Origin: Podarcis tiliguerta
Taxonomy: Eukaryota
Strand: one strand, 5' to 3'
NCBI GenBank assembly: GCA_965153285.1
Contig: OZ229115.1
Length of the DNA stretch: 64,000 bases
Shown: in pieces, positions 35,151 to 49,100 of the stretch
Position numbering within the stretch: position 1 is the stretch's first letter
How the letters are laid out: every line of letters begins with the position of its first letter
Notes under the pieces: generated by a model
Seen by the model: only the letters and a program-made list of their open reading frames with translations
The model's database searches: none
Told to the model about the DNA's origin: nothing
Program-made: the position numbers and the translations under genes

Positions 35151-36252
35151 AGTTAATTTTTTAAATCCATAATTGTTATGTATTGCAACAGAAATCTATT
35201 ACACCATAGCCATATACAACAACCAGGATTGTCAAAGTGCTGCATTTCTCCCATATCCCGCAGAAATAATTTCTCAGATAAATCAACACAAACTGCTTTC
35301 CTCTCTCCCAGCCAAGGCTTTCCTCATTTGAATGTAAGCACAGTTGGAATAAAAAAAGAGACAGTGTGCTGTTAGCCTATGGGATGTTTATGTAGTAGAA
35401 GCAACACAGACTTGACTCAAAGCTTGTTCTCTAGAGAACAGTAGAATCAACAGAAAGTACAGAGTTTGCAGGAAATACAGTTGTACTAGGAGCAGCTGTA
35501 AACAGGACTATGTAACAACAGAAGCAGATGTGGGCTTCTTTAAAGAAAGTCCCTAAATCCATATTACTGTCTTCATAAATATTTGATGCAATGATGAATA
35601 ATTAGTGGCTGGCTGGCTGACTGTTGCTATCCACTTTTAATTACTACCTCTCCCAGATATAACAGGAAATTGTGGCTTTAACAAAGTATGATTTGACAAC
35701 CAAAGTCAGTGTGCAACAAAGCAAAGCTGAAGTAGGGAAGTGTGCAGGTATTATGCACATTCTAAATTTAACAAACTATGATTTATTTAGCTGGGATAGT
35801 TACATCTGAATTTGCCTGAATTTCCCTATATCTGAACCTTTGTTTTCTTCAGCACGCTCAGATTTTGGAGGCTTCCAGGACCTGTCCTTTTTTACTTGTT
35901 ACTCAGTAAAGTATCATAAACATTGATGGTGTTACTTAAATAATAATTTTAAAGTTTCAATTTGAGGATTACGTTTACTATCCAACCAGATGGCAACACA
36001 TGACTTTTAAGCACGTAGCATGGAAGTGTATCTAAGCAACTGCATGCAGGTCTTGATATCCGAACACTATGTTTTCTCATGAATTGTTTGTTAGGCAAGC
36101 ATTTACATGAGTTGACGATTTCCATTGATTGCTATGAGGAAATTGTTAGTGTGTTCCCAACCATGGAAATATGATCCCAAAATGATGAAAAAACCTGGGA
36201 AAACCCTCTGAAACATCGAAAAAGGCAAACAAGGAAGGCAAAAATGCTATTA

Positions 36253-36493
36253 CAGTGGTACTTCGGTTTAAGAACAGCCCTATTCACAAACAATTCGATT
36301 TATAAACTTCACAAAACCAGAAGTAGTGTCCTGGTTTGCGAACTTTACCTCGGTGTAAGAACGGAATCCGAACGGTGGAAGGGCACCGTCGGCGGGAGAC
36401 CTCATTAGGGAAAGCGCACCTCGGTTTAAGAACAGTTTCGGTTTGAGAACGGACTTCCGGAACAGATTAAGTTCATAAACCGAGGTACCACTG
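36253..36493. mobile_element. Tc1/mariner MITE
   Basis: TIRs CAGTGGTAC(T/C)TCGGTTTA, TA TSD. Confidence 0.85.
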
Positions 36494-39400
36494 TATCTAA
36501 TCTCTCCACACACAACCACCCCAATGGTTTCTTGAGAAACAGCTGCCATAGACCGGCCACATGCAAAAACCCCAAAGCTTATTTAAGACTGCTCATTTGT
36601 TAAAAGTAGCACACACAGGTTTAGCTGTTTATATATTGTATCTGAATATGTCTGAATATGTGAGGTTTGGGTACTAATTCTTTTCAAATAACATGTCATG
36701 AATTGGCAGGACAATGGGGAGGAGAAAGAAGATCCTGGCAAGGGGTATTGTTGTGACTGGTACACACCAGGGCAAGCTGGGGGTGGAGGAGAGGTTGGGG
36801 GCATAGAAAGTACTCACGGGGTGACAGAGGTCAGCGATGTGATGGGAGTCACAGCACAGGAACCAGAGGAGCAGAGCCAAAGCAGCCCCCATCTCCATGA
36901 ACATGGTGGGCTCTGAGGCGTAAGGAAGAGGAGCAGGTACACTCCAGGAGGCTGAGACAGACAAGGGCACACAGCTCAGCTCATTAGCTGGCCAGGTGGG
37001 GTGCATTACCTCTGGGAGGAGGTGTGTGATTCCTCAGCAGGAGTAGCTCTTAGGACAGGTGAGGGTCACATGCCCCATCAAGCCCAAATGCAGAATTCAA
37101 TGGTGAGATTGGGGGGCGGGACTAGAAATAGTTGGCTGTGCCTATCATTGGCTCCAACTCCACCTAGTGTTGATTTCCCTGCCTACTGTTCCATGAGTAC
37201 CAGTCGCCACTAGGTACAGAATCTATTTTTAAAAATGAGATTTATGATCTTATATTCATGTATATGCTTTATTTCTTGTAAATTAATATATAATACAAAT
37301 TCAACTTTAAAGTCTTTGATTCATGTAAGTGTATAATTATCTTCAGAAATTTACAATTTATCCCTTGTAGCTTTTAGGAAGTGCTCGTTTAATCAAGTGC
37401 CTGAAAAGAAAAGAAAACCAATCTCAAATACGAAATATCATTATACAGTGACGTTTGTAACTTTCTAAAATGCAAAGTCTTTGAAAGAAGCAGCTGAACA
37501 TCAACAAACCCATTATGATTTACCTGTCATTTAAAACAGCCAGACAACTAAAACATCTGTCTGGGCATACACAGTAAGCCAGCAACTTGTGTGCATTCAG
37601 CTTTACGTGCATGGCAAAAAAAAATTACAAAATTTAAAGGGGGCAGGTTCTGGAGGAGCACTAAGATGTCTCAGATAGTTTAGAGCAGGGGTTTTTATAG
37701 CCAGAACTCAACAGAACTCAGTTCTGGAACCTCTCACGTGGGTGCCATTGCCATTCTAAGAGAACGAGGGAGGTGTTCGTGGTGAATTCCAGCACCGTTT
37801 TTTCTAGAAAAATAGTACTGGTCTAGAGAGATCCTAGAGATGAAATAAAATACAAAATTTGAAAGGGAAAGTACTGTATAGAGAGAAGAGAAAATAAAAC
37901 AGAATAAAGTTTGGTTTTTTATAAAGAGGAATGGGGGAAGGGTGATAAAGTTTCAAAGATGCAACCACTGCAGTGGCCAAGAAGGAACTGAGGGGGATGG
38001 GAGCATACTGCTTGAGAATACATCATGTGGAATGGAGGCAGACATACCAAAATCTTTTTAAGAGCCAAACCTTCCCCCAAACTGGTCTCCTCCTGACTCT
38101 TTGATGCCAACTCTGATCAGCCCTAGCCAGCACAACCAAGGGTCATGGAATAGGGACTTGCAGTCCAAAGCATCTAAAAGGCACCTGCTCTAGAAGGTTC
38201 TTAATACCGCTCTGGGCACAGAACCCACACAATGGACTGTATAGAGACTACGAAGAACTCTAAGTACAGATGCTGAGGACAAGCAATAAGGGATGCCTAC
38301 CATTCTAAAACTGTGGTTGTGAGCTGGCTGCTTCTAATAACAAAATGCCACACTTAATGGATCTCAGTTTGAACCACAAATGAAGTTCTTCTGTCCCTAT
38401 CTAGGACTGTAAGCAAAGAACATAAATTTTTCAATTTTATGAAATATTTTTGTGGAGTTGTTCCTCATTTTAAGTATCAGGTGAATTAAAGTATCAAAAA
38501 ATATTTAATTGAGGTTGGAAGTTTGCCAGGAATTGGTAGATTTTCCAGTATCTAGAAATATTTTCTTGCTTACCAATGAAGATCATTTGGCAGATTTGGG
38601 CAAGCATCTATTTTTCAGCTATCTCCCAGGGCTGTTGCGAGGCCAAGATGGCGAAGTGAGTTCTTTGGAGCAACTTTAACTTCAAAATATAAATACAGTA
38701 AGCACATATGATGTCATTCATAGTAATTTATAGGAGAACTGAAACATAATTTACAGTGAAATCTTATTGTTTTAGATCAGGAGAATCCAACATAGTGCCC
38801 TCCTGATGTTGTTGGACTAGAGCTTCCATAAGTCCCAGGCAGCACAGGCAGTAGTCATAAATAGAGCTGGCCTGCCCATGAGGCAGGGTGAAGTGGCTGT
38901 GTCAGGTGGAAGAAGCACAAGAGGTGGCGTCCCAACACTGGCAGAACAGCCCTTGTCGGGAGTACTCCAGCATGCTGCATTGCAGCTTCTCTCCCCAGTC
39001 CCCAAGCATCAAGCCCTTGCAAACTTGCTCCCACTTTTGCTGAGGTTGGTGAGAGTGGAGGGCATTCTGGTGTGTCGCTTCACTTTTCTTCCTCACCCCT
39101 GGAAAAGAAAAGCGACAAAGCCTTGTGGAATGAGTTCAGCACAAGCGGGGGTGGGGCGGGAGCATTACAGTGTGCAGCAGAAGTGGGGAGGGGGTGGCAA
39201 GGGGCACAGAAAAGCACATTCTGTTTTTGTCCCAGGTGGTGAAATGGGATAGGCCATCCCTGGTCATAAATGACAGTAGTTGTAGTCCAACAATCTGAAG
39301 GGCACCATGTTAGCAACCCATTTCAGCTTTTCAGAGAAGACTGCTTAAGCCTTCTGCTTCTCTGCAACGTATCTCTGGCCCCAGCGCATACTTTGGGGGC

Positions 39401-40540
39401 CATTTTAAATCAGAGCAGCGGTGAGCAAAGGAGCACTCTTCTTGCTTCTCAATAATCCCTTTCTGAAGTAGCCATTAGGACTGTGCTAATAAGCACCTGC
39501 ATATAGGTTTTAGTCTGGCCCATATTCTTCTACTTGAAGCAAATATCTACTCTTTAACTTATAGTTGTGTTTATAGAATTTTCACATTCATTACTAAAAT
39601 GTTGAAAAGTGGAATCTGAAATAGACACTTTCCTGTAACTGTGTATATTATAGGCACAGGTTTGCGGGACATTGCAGTTTACTGTGTGAACTGTCATACC
39701 ACACAAGCATCACCCCATTTATGCACATTTCACTCATGCCCAACCACGTATACATGCAATGCCAGGAAATAATTAAATAAAAAGATTTAAACCACAAAAA
39801 GGGCAGAAACAGCCAGAAAAGAGTGGGAAAAGTGCAAAAATGGTGCAAGAAAGAGTGGGGAGATGGCAAGCAATCCCAGGTGCCTTTGCACCAACCTTTG
39901 AGGCCTGTAGAGAGCTGTAGTTTGAGAAAGGAGGTTAGGAAGGAGCGATTGTGGTGGAGTCTAGAGGGTGTTTACAGGCTTTTTATATGGTGTTCCCCAC
40001 TATACGTCATTTCATATAAACATGTGGTACTCAGGAATGTAACCGGCGAGGTACCTGTATTTCTTTGCACGTTTATTTACTGAATGTGAGTGCAGAAATG
40101 CAGCATTAGCTAAAGATTAGCAAAAAGAATTTTAGCTTTAACACAATTTAAATTCAGACACATGTTAAAAGATGGGAAGTAGATCAGATCACAGATACAA
40201 TTATTATTTGATTTTTAAGATAAATATGGCCCTAAATTCGGTATCTTGCAGTTTTTGAATGTGCTGTTGCATCTTATGTCCCTTTATTGCTTTTTCTCAT
40301 TAATAATATATATGTAGGAGCACATATCTTCCAGAGACCATATGCTGAGTTCATAGAGATGAGGGGATTATGGGATGCAGCACTATGGAAGCCTACTAAT
40401 ACTGATGATGCGGTGGCCTTTGCTGACCACCCTAAACAGAATACTGCCTCTCTCATTTAACACATAAGTAAAGGGTGATAGGGGTATTAAAGGTAAAAGA
40501 AAGGGAAGGAAAAGAAAGGGCAGAAATAAGCTGAGTCTAC

Positions 40541-40736
40541 CTAGTACACTGATTTGCTTCTCAAGCTGCGGGGATGGCCCAATTTTCCTTGTACTGCTAT
40601 CCTCTTGGATGTTTCACGTGAAAGGTCATTGCTGAGTAGGTTAGGACTGGCCACTGCTACTTTACTCTTTGGCAGCAAACTAAGTTCTTTGGTAGCTGTT
40701 GTGCTCTGCTGCATCTCTCTGCTCTCTGTTCTTGCC
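40541..40736 (-). CDS. Paralog C cytoplasmic exon ([11 protein letters not shown]...RSKSVY*)
   Basis: CTCTGACAG acceptor in frame; TAG immediately before a GTAGAC donor. Confidence 0.65.
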
Positions 40737-43063
40737 CTGTCAGAGAATGGAAGTATGGTCAACCCACTCTTTTAGCTCACCAGTCTAGGCCTCTCCACCT
40801 CTCTAGGCTCAATGGAGATCTCCACCTATATACTTGTTCCATGTCTCAGGGTCATCTGTATGGAAGTATATCACTACTGTGAGGTGACCAAAACTGCAGC
40901 AAGGTACCAAACAAGGTGCAAAACCTATATCATTCTATATAAATTGGTGGGAATGGATTGGAACTAAAACCAACCCAATCCACCACACCATAATATAAAA
41001 ACCACAATATCGTTGCAGACAGAATACTATTTTTAATTTTAAAAGATGCTGCATTTATCTTTGAAAAGTAGTTACAGAAAATAGGCTTCCTTCTCCCTCA
41101 TGGAAGTGCTTTGTGGATGCACAAGGCCTTCTTTTCACTGTAACCCCCTGCCCATTTATCTAAGAGCAGGTCCCATTGGACTCAATGGGATTTACTTCTG
41201 AGTAGACATGTACAGGATTGCACAGTTAATCACAATAGCCAGTAGATTGTTTTTTCACTATTAGATCTCAAGACCCAGTGATGGGGCTCTGCTGGAGATG
41301 TTAGCATATGGACAGGCAGACATAATGATGTTTCAGGTATCTGGAGACAACAAGCTTTAACAGAAGCCATGAAAGGCTTTAAAATAAGTACTAGCAATTG
41401 AATCTGGAGGTAATGCAGTTTGTGACCACAACACTTAATCCCAGTTAGCAATTTTGCAGCCCCAGATTGAACTAATTGCTGTTTCTGAATTGGCTTAATC
41501 GTAGTCCAATATATAATGCAGTACACAAGTATAAATCTGGAGCATGACCACATGGGTTGGAAAACATGAAATTGTAATCAAAAGGCAAGTATGGCATCCA
41601 GCATGATGTCTCTTTATGTCAAACCTGTATAGAAGGTGGAACCAGTTCAATATCTATTATTAGATCTTGAAAGCTGCGTCCTTTAAGGAATTGATTGTGT
41701 GTATTGTGTCATAAGAAAAGGTTGTGGGCTTCTAGGAAGGCCACAACATGAGACAGTACAGTATGGGATGGTGGGCTTCCCTTAAAGGCACTGGACTGCT
41801 CCCCAGTCATCTTAGATACACAAGGGTAGCATAGGAGAGATGAACTATCTTCCCTTTTTGGGATTTTCCTGTTGTTATTCTGTCTCTCACAGCTACAAAA
41901 AACCTACCATTAAAATTATGGACTGGTCATTTCTTTGTCAGAGGGCAAATGGGAAAATTTAGCAGGGGATCAAATACTTTCCCCCCTCACTGTAACTCCG
42001 AACAGCTTGATTAAGATGTATAGAGCAGAATCAGATATGTTCTGGAAATGTAAAGAAATGGAGGGAACATTTTTTCATATGTGGTGGACATGTAAAAAGG
42101 TAAAATAATATTGGGAGATGATCTACAGTGAGTTGAAAAAAGGTTTAAAATAACTTTCCCCAAAAAGATCGGAGTCCTTCCTGTTGGGAATAGTTCAGAC
42201 AGAAATTCCTAAGTGCCAGAAAAAATTAATGTATGCAACAATGGCAGCTTAAGTTTTGTTAGCCCCAAAATAGAAAGCGACAGAGGTCCCAGGCAAGGAG
42301 GATTGGCAACTTAAGATGTTAGAATACACAGAACTAGCAGGTTTAACACATAGAGTAAGAGAGCAAGAAGAACATGTATTCAAAGAAGAGTGGAAAATAT
42401 TTATTGAGTATATGGAAGTAATTGTATACAGCTGAAAACACTGGCAACATTAAGATAAATTCAACAGTGTAATGAATATTTGAGTGATTTAAGAGTGGAG
42501 AACTGATTAAAATGGTTAAAGTAAAATATGCAGGAATGATAGACAAGCAAAATGAACCATGGAAGGAGGAGGGAAGTCATTGGAGATAAAATAGTATGAA
42601 AAATTTTGTTTTGAGATGTAAAATTGAAAATTCAATAAAAAATTAGAAACAGAAAACAGAAAATAAAAGAGGAGTTTAGTAATAAGAGATGTTTTACCTT
42701 TTTAAGTAAAAATTCTGATAAACCATTTTGGTTCCAACAATCAATACAGGTAATAGGCACCCTAAAAGGGGGAAAAAACACACACAAGAAAAATACACCA
42801 TACTATCGTATTAAAAAAGGCTCATGAGAGGCCAAGAAAACTCATGCATAAATCAAAACCAGTTTTGAAAATGTCCTTCAAATGTTACTCAAAGCATAAT
42901 AATACCTCTTGAATGTTAACAATAAAATGCAATGATTTGTCATTAGGTGATCATAAGTTACTCCAAGACAAAAAAACACCAATCAGTATGATGGAGTAAA
43001 GGTTGGTGATTCACTGCCTACACTGCTATTTAGTACCAGAAATCATTTTAAATTATTACCAGT

Positions 43064-43104
<41 letters not shown>

Positions 43105-46100
43105 CAATGTACTTGTAGATTTTGGACCCAAGGATGAGATTCATCAATTGATGAGCAAATATTTGAGCACCAGTGCTAAACTGATAAAATGTGGAAAATT
43201 TACAAAGCACCAATGGTGTGCACAATGTTCAGAGTCAATTCAACAAAAAGTAAATCCTGTCTAGCAAAGAAAAATATGGGAGAAACTTCTAGGGGCATGA
43301 GCTGATTTTTAATCCATGCTTAATTTTCCCTTTTGAAAACCAGGGGACTTAATTTAATAAGGAGAATTAAGCATGGACTTAACTCTCTCCAAAAAGTGAA
43401 ACTTCAAAATGCTTATCTCTGACCCAGTATTTTTTGCTATTGGTAAAAAGCATCTGAAATTGTACAAAGCACTGGTATTCAAATATGTTTAATACATCTT
43501 CCTGTTTCTCCCATTCATTTTCAATAAATTACATACCAGCTATAAGTAATCTCAGGAAAATACCTAGAAAAGAAGGGGAAATGGTTCTAATAAGCAAACT
43601 TCTCAGAAAAGAACATTGTAAGACTATTTCTCGAAAGTCTACTCATTCAGACTGGCAGTCTCATAAGAAAGCACTGCAGCTCAAGGTGGATTTCATATCA
43701 CAACTGGTTGATATGCTTCGCTTACTGCACGTACTCTCATATATGACTTGGCCATTTTAAACTTTCTCCTATACTAATCTAGAAACCATACAGGTTTAAA
43801 AGAATAATCATTGACTTTATTTGACTCTTTAATTCCAAATCTCTTTTTTCTTTTTTCCCTTTTTGCTAGGGTTAGAATTTCCTTTTACAATACTAAAGCT
43901 GCAAGTCTGATTTTAAAAATAAGTACTTACAAATCCTCACATTTCATGAAAACAGAGCTATACTCACATCCTCAAGCTGCTTAGAGGAAAGGTAGGAAAG
44001 AAATGTAATAATAAAACAATGGTTTTAAACTCATGATGCACCAAAATACCTTAGTCTGTTTTAAGAAGCTGTGTGGAATTGGTTCTAGAAATGTGAAGGG
44101 GATAGCAACAGATACATATAAAATACTTGATTTTTCAGTTTAAACATGGTAGATAAATCACTCTAGGAATCAGATCTCAACGTGAGTATCACAGAGGGTG
44201 AATGGGCACACACCTCTTTTTAAAACTATTCCCACTAAAATTAAAGAATCAACACTGAAACTTATTCATAGATGGCACTGGACTCCAGTATGCCTACATT
44301 ACACTGACAACTCCATTCCACCTGTATATTGGAGAGGTAACCAAATATTGGAGACCTTAATGCATCTTTGGTGTGAGCGCTCAAAGGTACAAGTTTTTGG
44401 TGATTTGTGTTCATGATCATATCTGAACTGCTACACTAGAAGGTTGAAATGAAAGCGGCTCTTAGATCCATAGAATTAAAGACTTGGAAGGGGCCACAAG
44501 GGTCATCTAGTCCAACCCTCTGCAATGCAGGAATCTTTTTGCCCAATGTGGGGCTCAAATCCGCAATCCTGAGATTAAGAGTCTTACAGTATGTTCTACC
44601 AAATGAGCTATCTCACGGGCATAGCTTTGCTTTCTCTTTTTCAAAGGTGAAACAAATATCTGTTATCTAAGTCACTTGTTTGTAATCTTCTGACTACTGT
44701 GCATGTGTAGAAGGACACAGAAGGCTGTTCATTTCGTAAATGGTGTGACAGAGTGTGGCATCTGGCGCTAATGGACAAGATCATACAAAAGTGTTAGCTA
44801 GCTTGAAGGGAAACTACAAACGCCATGCTTGAAACAGATTGGTTTCAGTTTATTTCTTTTACTAGCTCCCAAACAGAAGTGCTCAAACCTACGGTATCTC
44901 ACAGCTCCTTCTGGAGAGGTTCATTGGCCATCTTCTTCAATACATGTTTATATGATGAAAATATACTTGTATGTAATGGGCCATAAGGATTAAAACCAAT
45001 GACTAATTTTGTTTGTTTTGTTTTGTTTTGTTTGCTTTTCAATAAAAAAAAGTATTACAAAAAAGTAAAAAAGCTAGTTGGGCAGGGACGTGATGGGGTA
45101 GGTTCACCTATGAGGGAATGGTGAAAGAAATGTATTCTCCAGTCTCTCAGAATAAACAACCTTCTTCCTAGATCATTATATCAAGTAGTAGAGGAGACTC
45201 TGAAGTGACCACAAAGAGGGCCAAGCTAATCCTTTAAATTTTGATGCACTATTGTGAGATAAACTGTCTATAGATTCTGTACCTCTATGAAAGCATATAT
45301 TTAAAAGAAGGCAGACTCATATCAATGGAAAAATACTTGGCATGTTACATTTTCACAAGGATTAATACTTACTCAGATAACAACGTGGAATATTAGGCAA
45401 CCATTTTTTTCCACCAATGTATTTAATCCTAGATGATCCTTTCAAAGAATAGCCAGCATAGCACTCAATAATAACTTCATCTCCAGGGTAATAGTATTCT
45501 TTTTTCCCTTGTTTTATTATTCCTTTAGGGATATGGAGTTTAGCAATGTCTGGGGATAATCTAACTGAAAGCAAATAATGATCATAAACAATAAAGTAAC
45601 ACAAAAGTCCACATAGAAATAAGATTATAAAATTGTAGGAGAGCTGACCCCCTACCCCTTTTTGTTGCTTAGATAAAAAGCTGCCAAGCAGGCTCCACTC
45701 AAATTGACCCTCTCCTCCACAATTTCTCCCTTCTGTAAGAGCAGGTCTGTCTGTTTCCCCAAAACTAGTATCTGTGAAAAGGGGCAGGAAGGGGCATAAT
45801 TGTTTCCAGGATGGCAACAGAGGTAATTCCATGCAGAGTTCTTAGGGGAGCTACTCCAGAAAAAAATGAACACAATAGACACCTTGCATAAATCTTACAA
45901 ATTTTCTTTCACGACTGCATGAGGCAAAAGTTACAAGGGTGGCTTTTTTTACTCCTTTGTTATGCATCAATATGCTATCTAGTGCTATTTTTCTAGAAAA
46001 AGAGGTGCCAGAACACACCACAAGCACCTTCTTCGTTCTCTTTGAAAGGCAATGGTGCCCACCTGAGAGGTGCTGGAACTGAGTTCTGGTGAGTTCCGGC

Positions 46101-49100
46101 TGGGGGAAAAAGCCCTGATGCTATCTGAGCCAGGGTGTTGAGATTTTTGATTCATCACCAGATTAGCTGTGTTGCTGCTTCCTCCAGTGGTGTGACTAGA
46201 CTCTTAGGCCATGGTTGCAAAGCTGTGTGTGTGTGATGCATCAAAATATTGATTACAGTGGTACCTCTACTTATGTTCACCTCGGGTTACGTATCCTTCA
46301 GGATACATATGCAATGAACCTGGAAGTATTTTTCCGGGTTTCACCACGCGTGCATGCATGCACAGAAGCAGTCCCTCTGGTTGCAGAAACCTCGGGATCT
46401 GACCGGAGTTCCGGAACGGATCCCATCCGCAACCAGAGGTACCACTGTACTAGTTTGTGGATCCTTAGGAGAGGTAAATGGTTTGGGGGGGGGGGGGAGA
46501 GAGAGAGAGACCCAGCATCGCCCTCTCTTTACTTGTCCCAACAATTCACAAGCTAGCTATTGAGTAAGACACACAGCATTCAGCTTTGCAACCATGGCCT
46601 AAACACCATCATTTTAGCTTCATCCCAATCCTGCATTACAAGGAATGAGAGGATTCATCAGTTACAGTTTATAGTTGACGCTACACTGGGCATTTTGTTA
46701 CTTGAAATAACTATTATTTTTACTTTCTCCCATTGTTTCTAGTCTTTGCTTTGCAAATAAAGTAAAACAATGTACATTTAAATCCATCAATTAGTGCATT
46801 AATGCATTGCCTCTTCCATAAACATTTAGCACAATACTGTCAAATGAAGCAGCACTATGTTAATATTAGTACAGTAGCACTATCATTTATTATTTATTTA
46901 ACAAATTTATAACCCTCCTTTTCTCCTGAAAGGAGCCCAGGTAGTAGCTTCCCTGCAAAGAAACCCAGAAGTGAATGAGATGAGATGCACTCTATATTAG
47001 AGAAAAAGCCTGTGGATTAAAATATATCATTCACTATTTCATTTTATTAAGGAGATAATGTTTTAATATTAGAACATTAGCAGGGGAAAGCAAACTATTA
47101 AATCATTCACTATAATGGGTTGTAGTCAATGCAGCACTAAGGTGAATGTTCCATCAGTGCAAGGATTTATCCTTGTGCAATTGACAGTTCTCCTGTTCCT
47201 CCAAAATCTCTTCAGTGGGTTTCACTATCCCTTTGGAGATATAGGAATGGTGCAAGCCATACATGGGAGGAGATGGGTGAAATCTCTTTACATTAGTATA
47301 AAAACTAGTTGACTACCACCCATTATATTTTCACTGCCCAAAGAATGCTAAATTGGGTGGTATATAAATGTTATGAAAAAATGCATGCATGCATAAACAT
47401 GTATATATACGTAGAATGTAACTGTATACCTAGAAGGAGTAGTTTTTCTCCCTTTTTGATAACACTAGAACTTATAACACTTAGAAGCTGTTCCAGTGAA
47501 GCTGAATGCTGGAGTATTCAGAACCTTATTTATGTAACATATAAACTATGGAACTCGTCTGCCCCCCCCCCCAAGAGGCAGTGCTGACCATCAGCTTGGA
47601 TGGCTTTGAAAGAGATTTAGACAAATTAATGAAAGATAAAATTATCAGCTGCTATTAGCCATGATGGATATGATCTGTCTCCATGGTCAGACTGTATACT
47701 TCTGAATACTAGTTGTTGGAAAGCACACAAGGGGCGGGTGTCCTGGCTTGCATGCTTCCCATAGGCATCTGGTTGGTCACTGTAAGAATATGATGCTGGG
47801 GGGGGTCTTTCACCTGCTCTAGCAGGATGTTCTTATATTTAAGTTTTTTAAAATTCAGCACAACTGATTGATACAGTTATGGTTTTATAAAACCAGTGAA
47901 AATAAACCCTTTCTTCCTTTAGTATGCTATACACACACAAAGCAGAAGCCTGCCAATTTGTTCTCTGACAGCTGGATGTGGGACATCTTTTTCTCAAGCA
48001 ATATAAACAGGAAAAGGATTTTATTCTTCATCAAATAAAATATACTCCTTCTAGTTGTTCTGAAACTACATATTAAGGGGAAGGGATTTAAAGCCCAGGA
48101 AAAAAGAAAGAATGGTGGCGTATAAGAAATGAATAGCTTCAGGAGGTGTTCAGATAAGGTTTGGGTCCAGGTTGCCTATCTCTGATTTAGACAATTGGGA
48201 AATAGTATCTGTCTTGAGCATGGTATTAGAAGCAGAGTATCATCTAACCTACAGTTGCTGTGAAAAGGCAAACTCTGTGATGAGGATTAGAAAAAAGGAT
48301 GAAAAATGAAACTGCCAATTGCATGCCTATGGTGCAACAACACTTTGAATATTGTGTACAGCTCTGCTTACTGCAATGCAAAAAGCAGTATTGTAGAATT
48401 GGAAATGATGCAGAAAAGGAAAAGGAAATTTATGAATGGACTGGAGCAACTCTTTGTGGAAAGGGTATAATATTTAGGGCATTTTGATTAGGAAAAAAAG
48501 ATAAGGGGGGGTCATTATAGAGGTATATAAAGTGATGCATGGTGTGAGGAAAAATGGATAGGGGAATATTTTTCTCCCCTTCTCATAGTATACTAGAGTC
48601 CAAGGTCATCAAATCAATCTGAATAGGAGATTCAGGACTGACAAAACAAAGCTCTTCATGCAACACAGTTAAACTATGTAATTCATTACTACAAAATGTA
48701 GCTATGGAAGCAATTTTGGACAATTGGACAATTGGACAATTTTGAAAAGGGATTGGATAATCTGATGGAGAATAAGGCTATCAAGGTCTATATGATATAG
48801 TCATAATTGTTATATATCAGCGGCAATATGCTTCTCAATACCAATTGCTGGGGGTCATGAATAGGAGAGTGCAATTGCACTATGTGCTGGGTGAGGGCTT
48901 CCCATAGGAATTTGGTAGGCCATTGTGTGAACAGAATGCTGGACTAGATGGGCCTTTGCTGGGCTTATCTAAATTTATTCCCCGGGGGCAGACCCAAGCA
49001 AAGCCCATTGGTTGGTTGCCCCCATCCCTGGGAATCCCTGGGTTCGGCCTGCCAGCCAAAGGCTAATCTGCAGGCAGGCCCACAGTCCTCCCCAGCCGAC

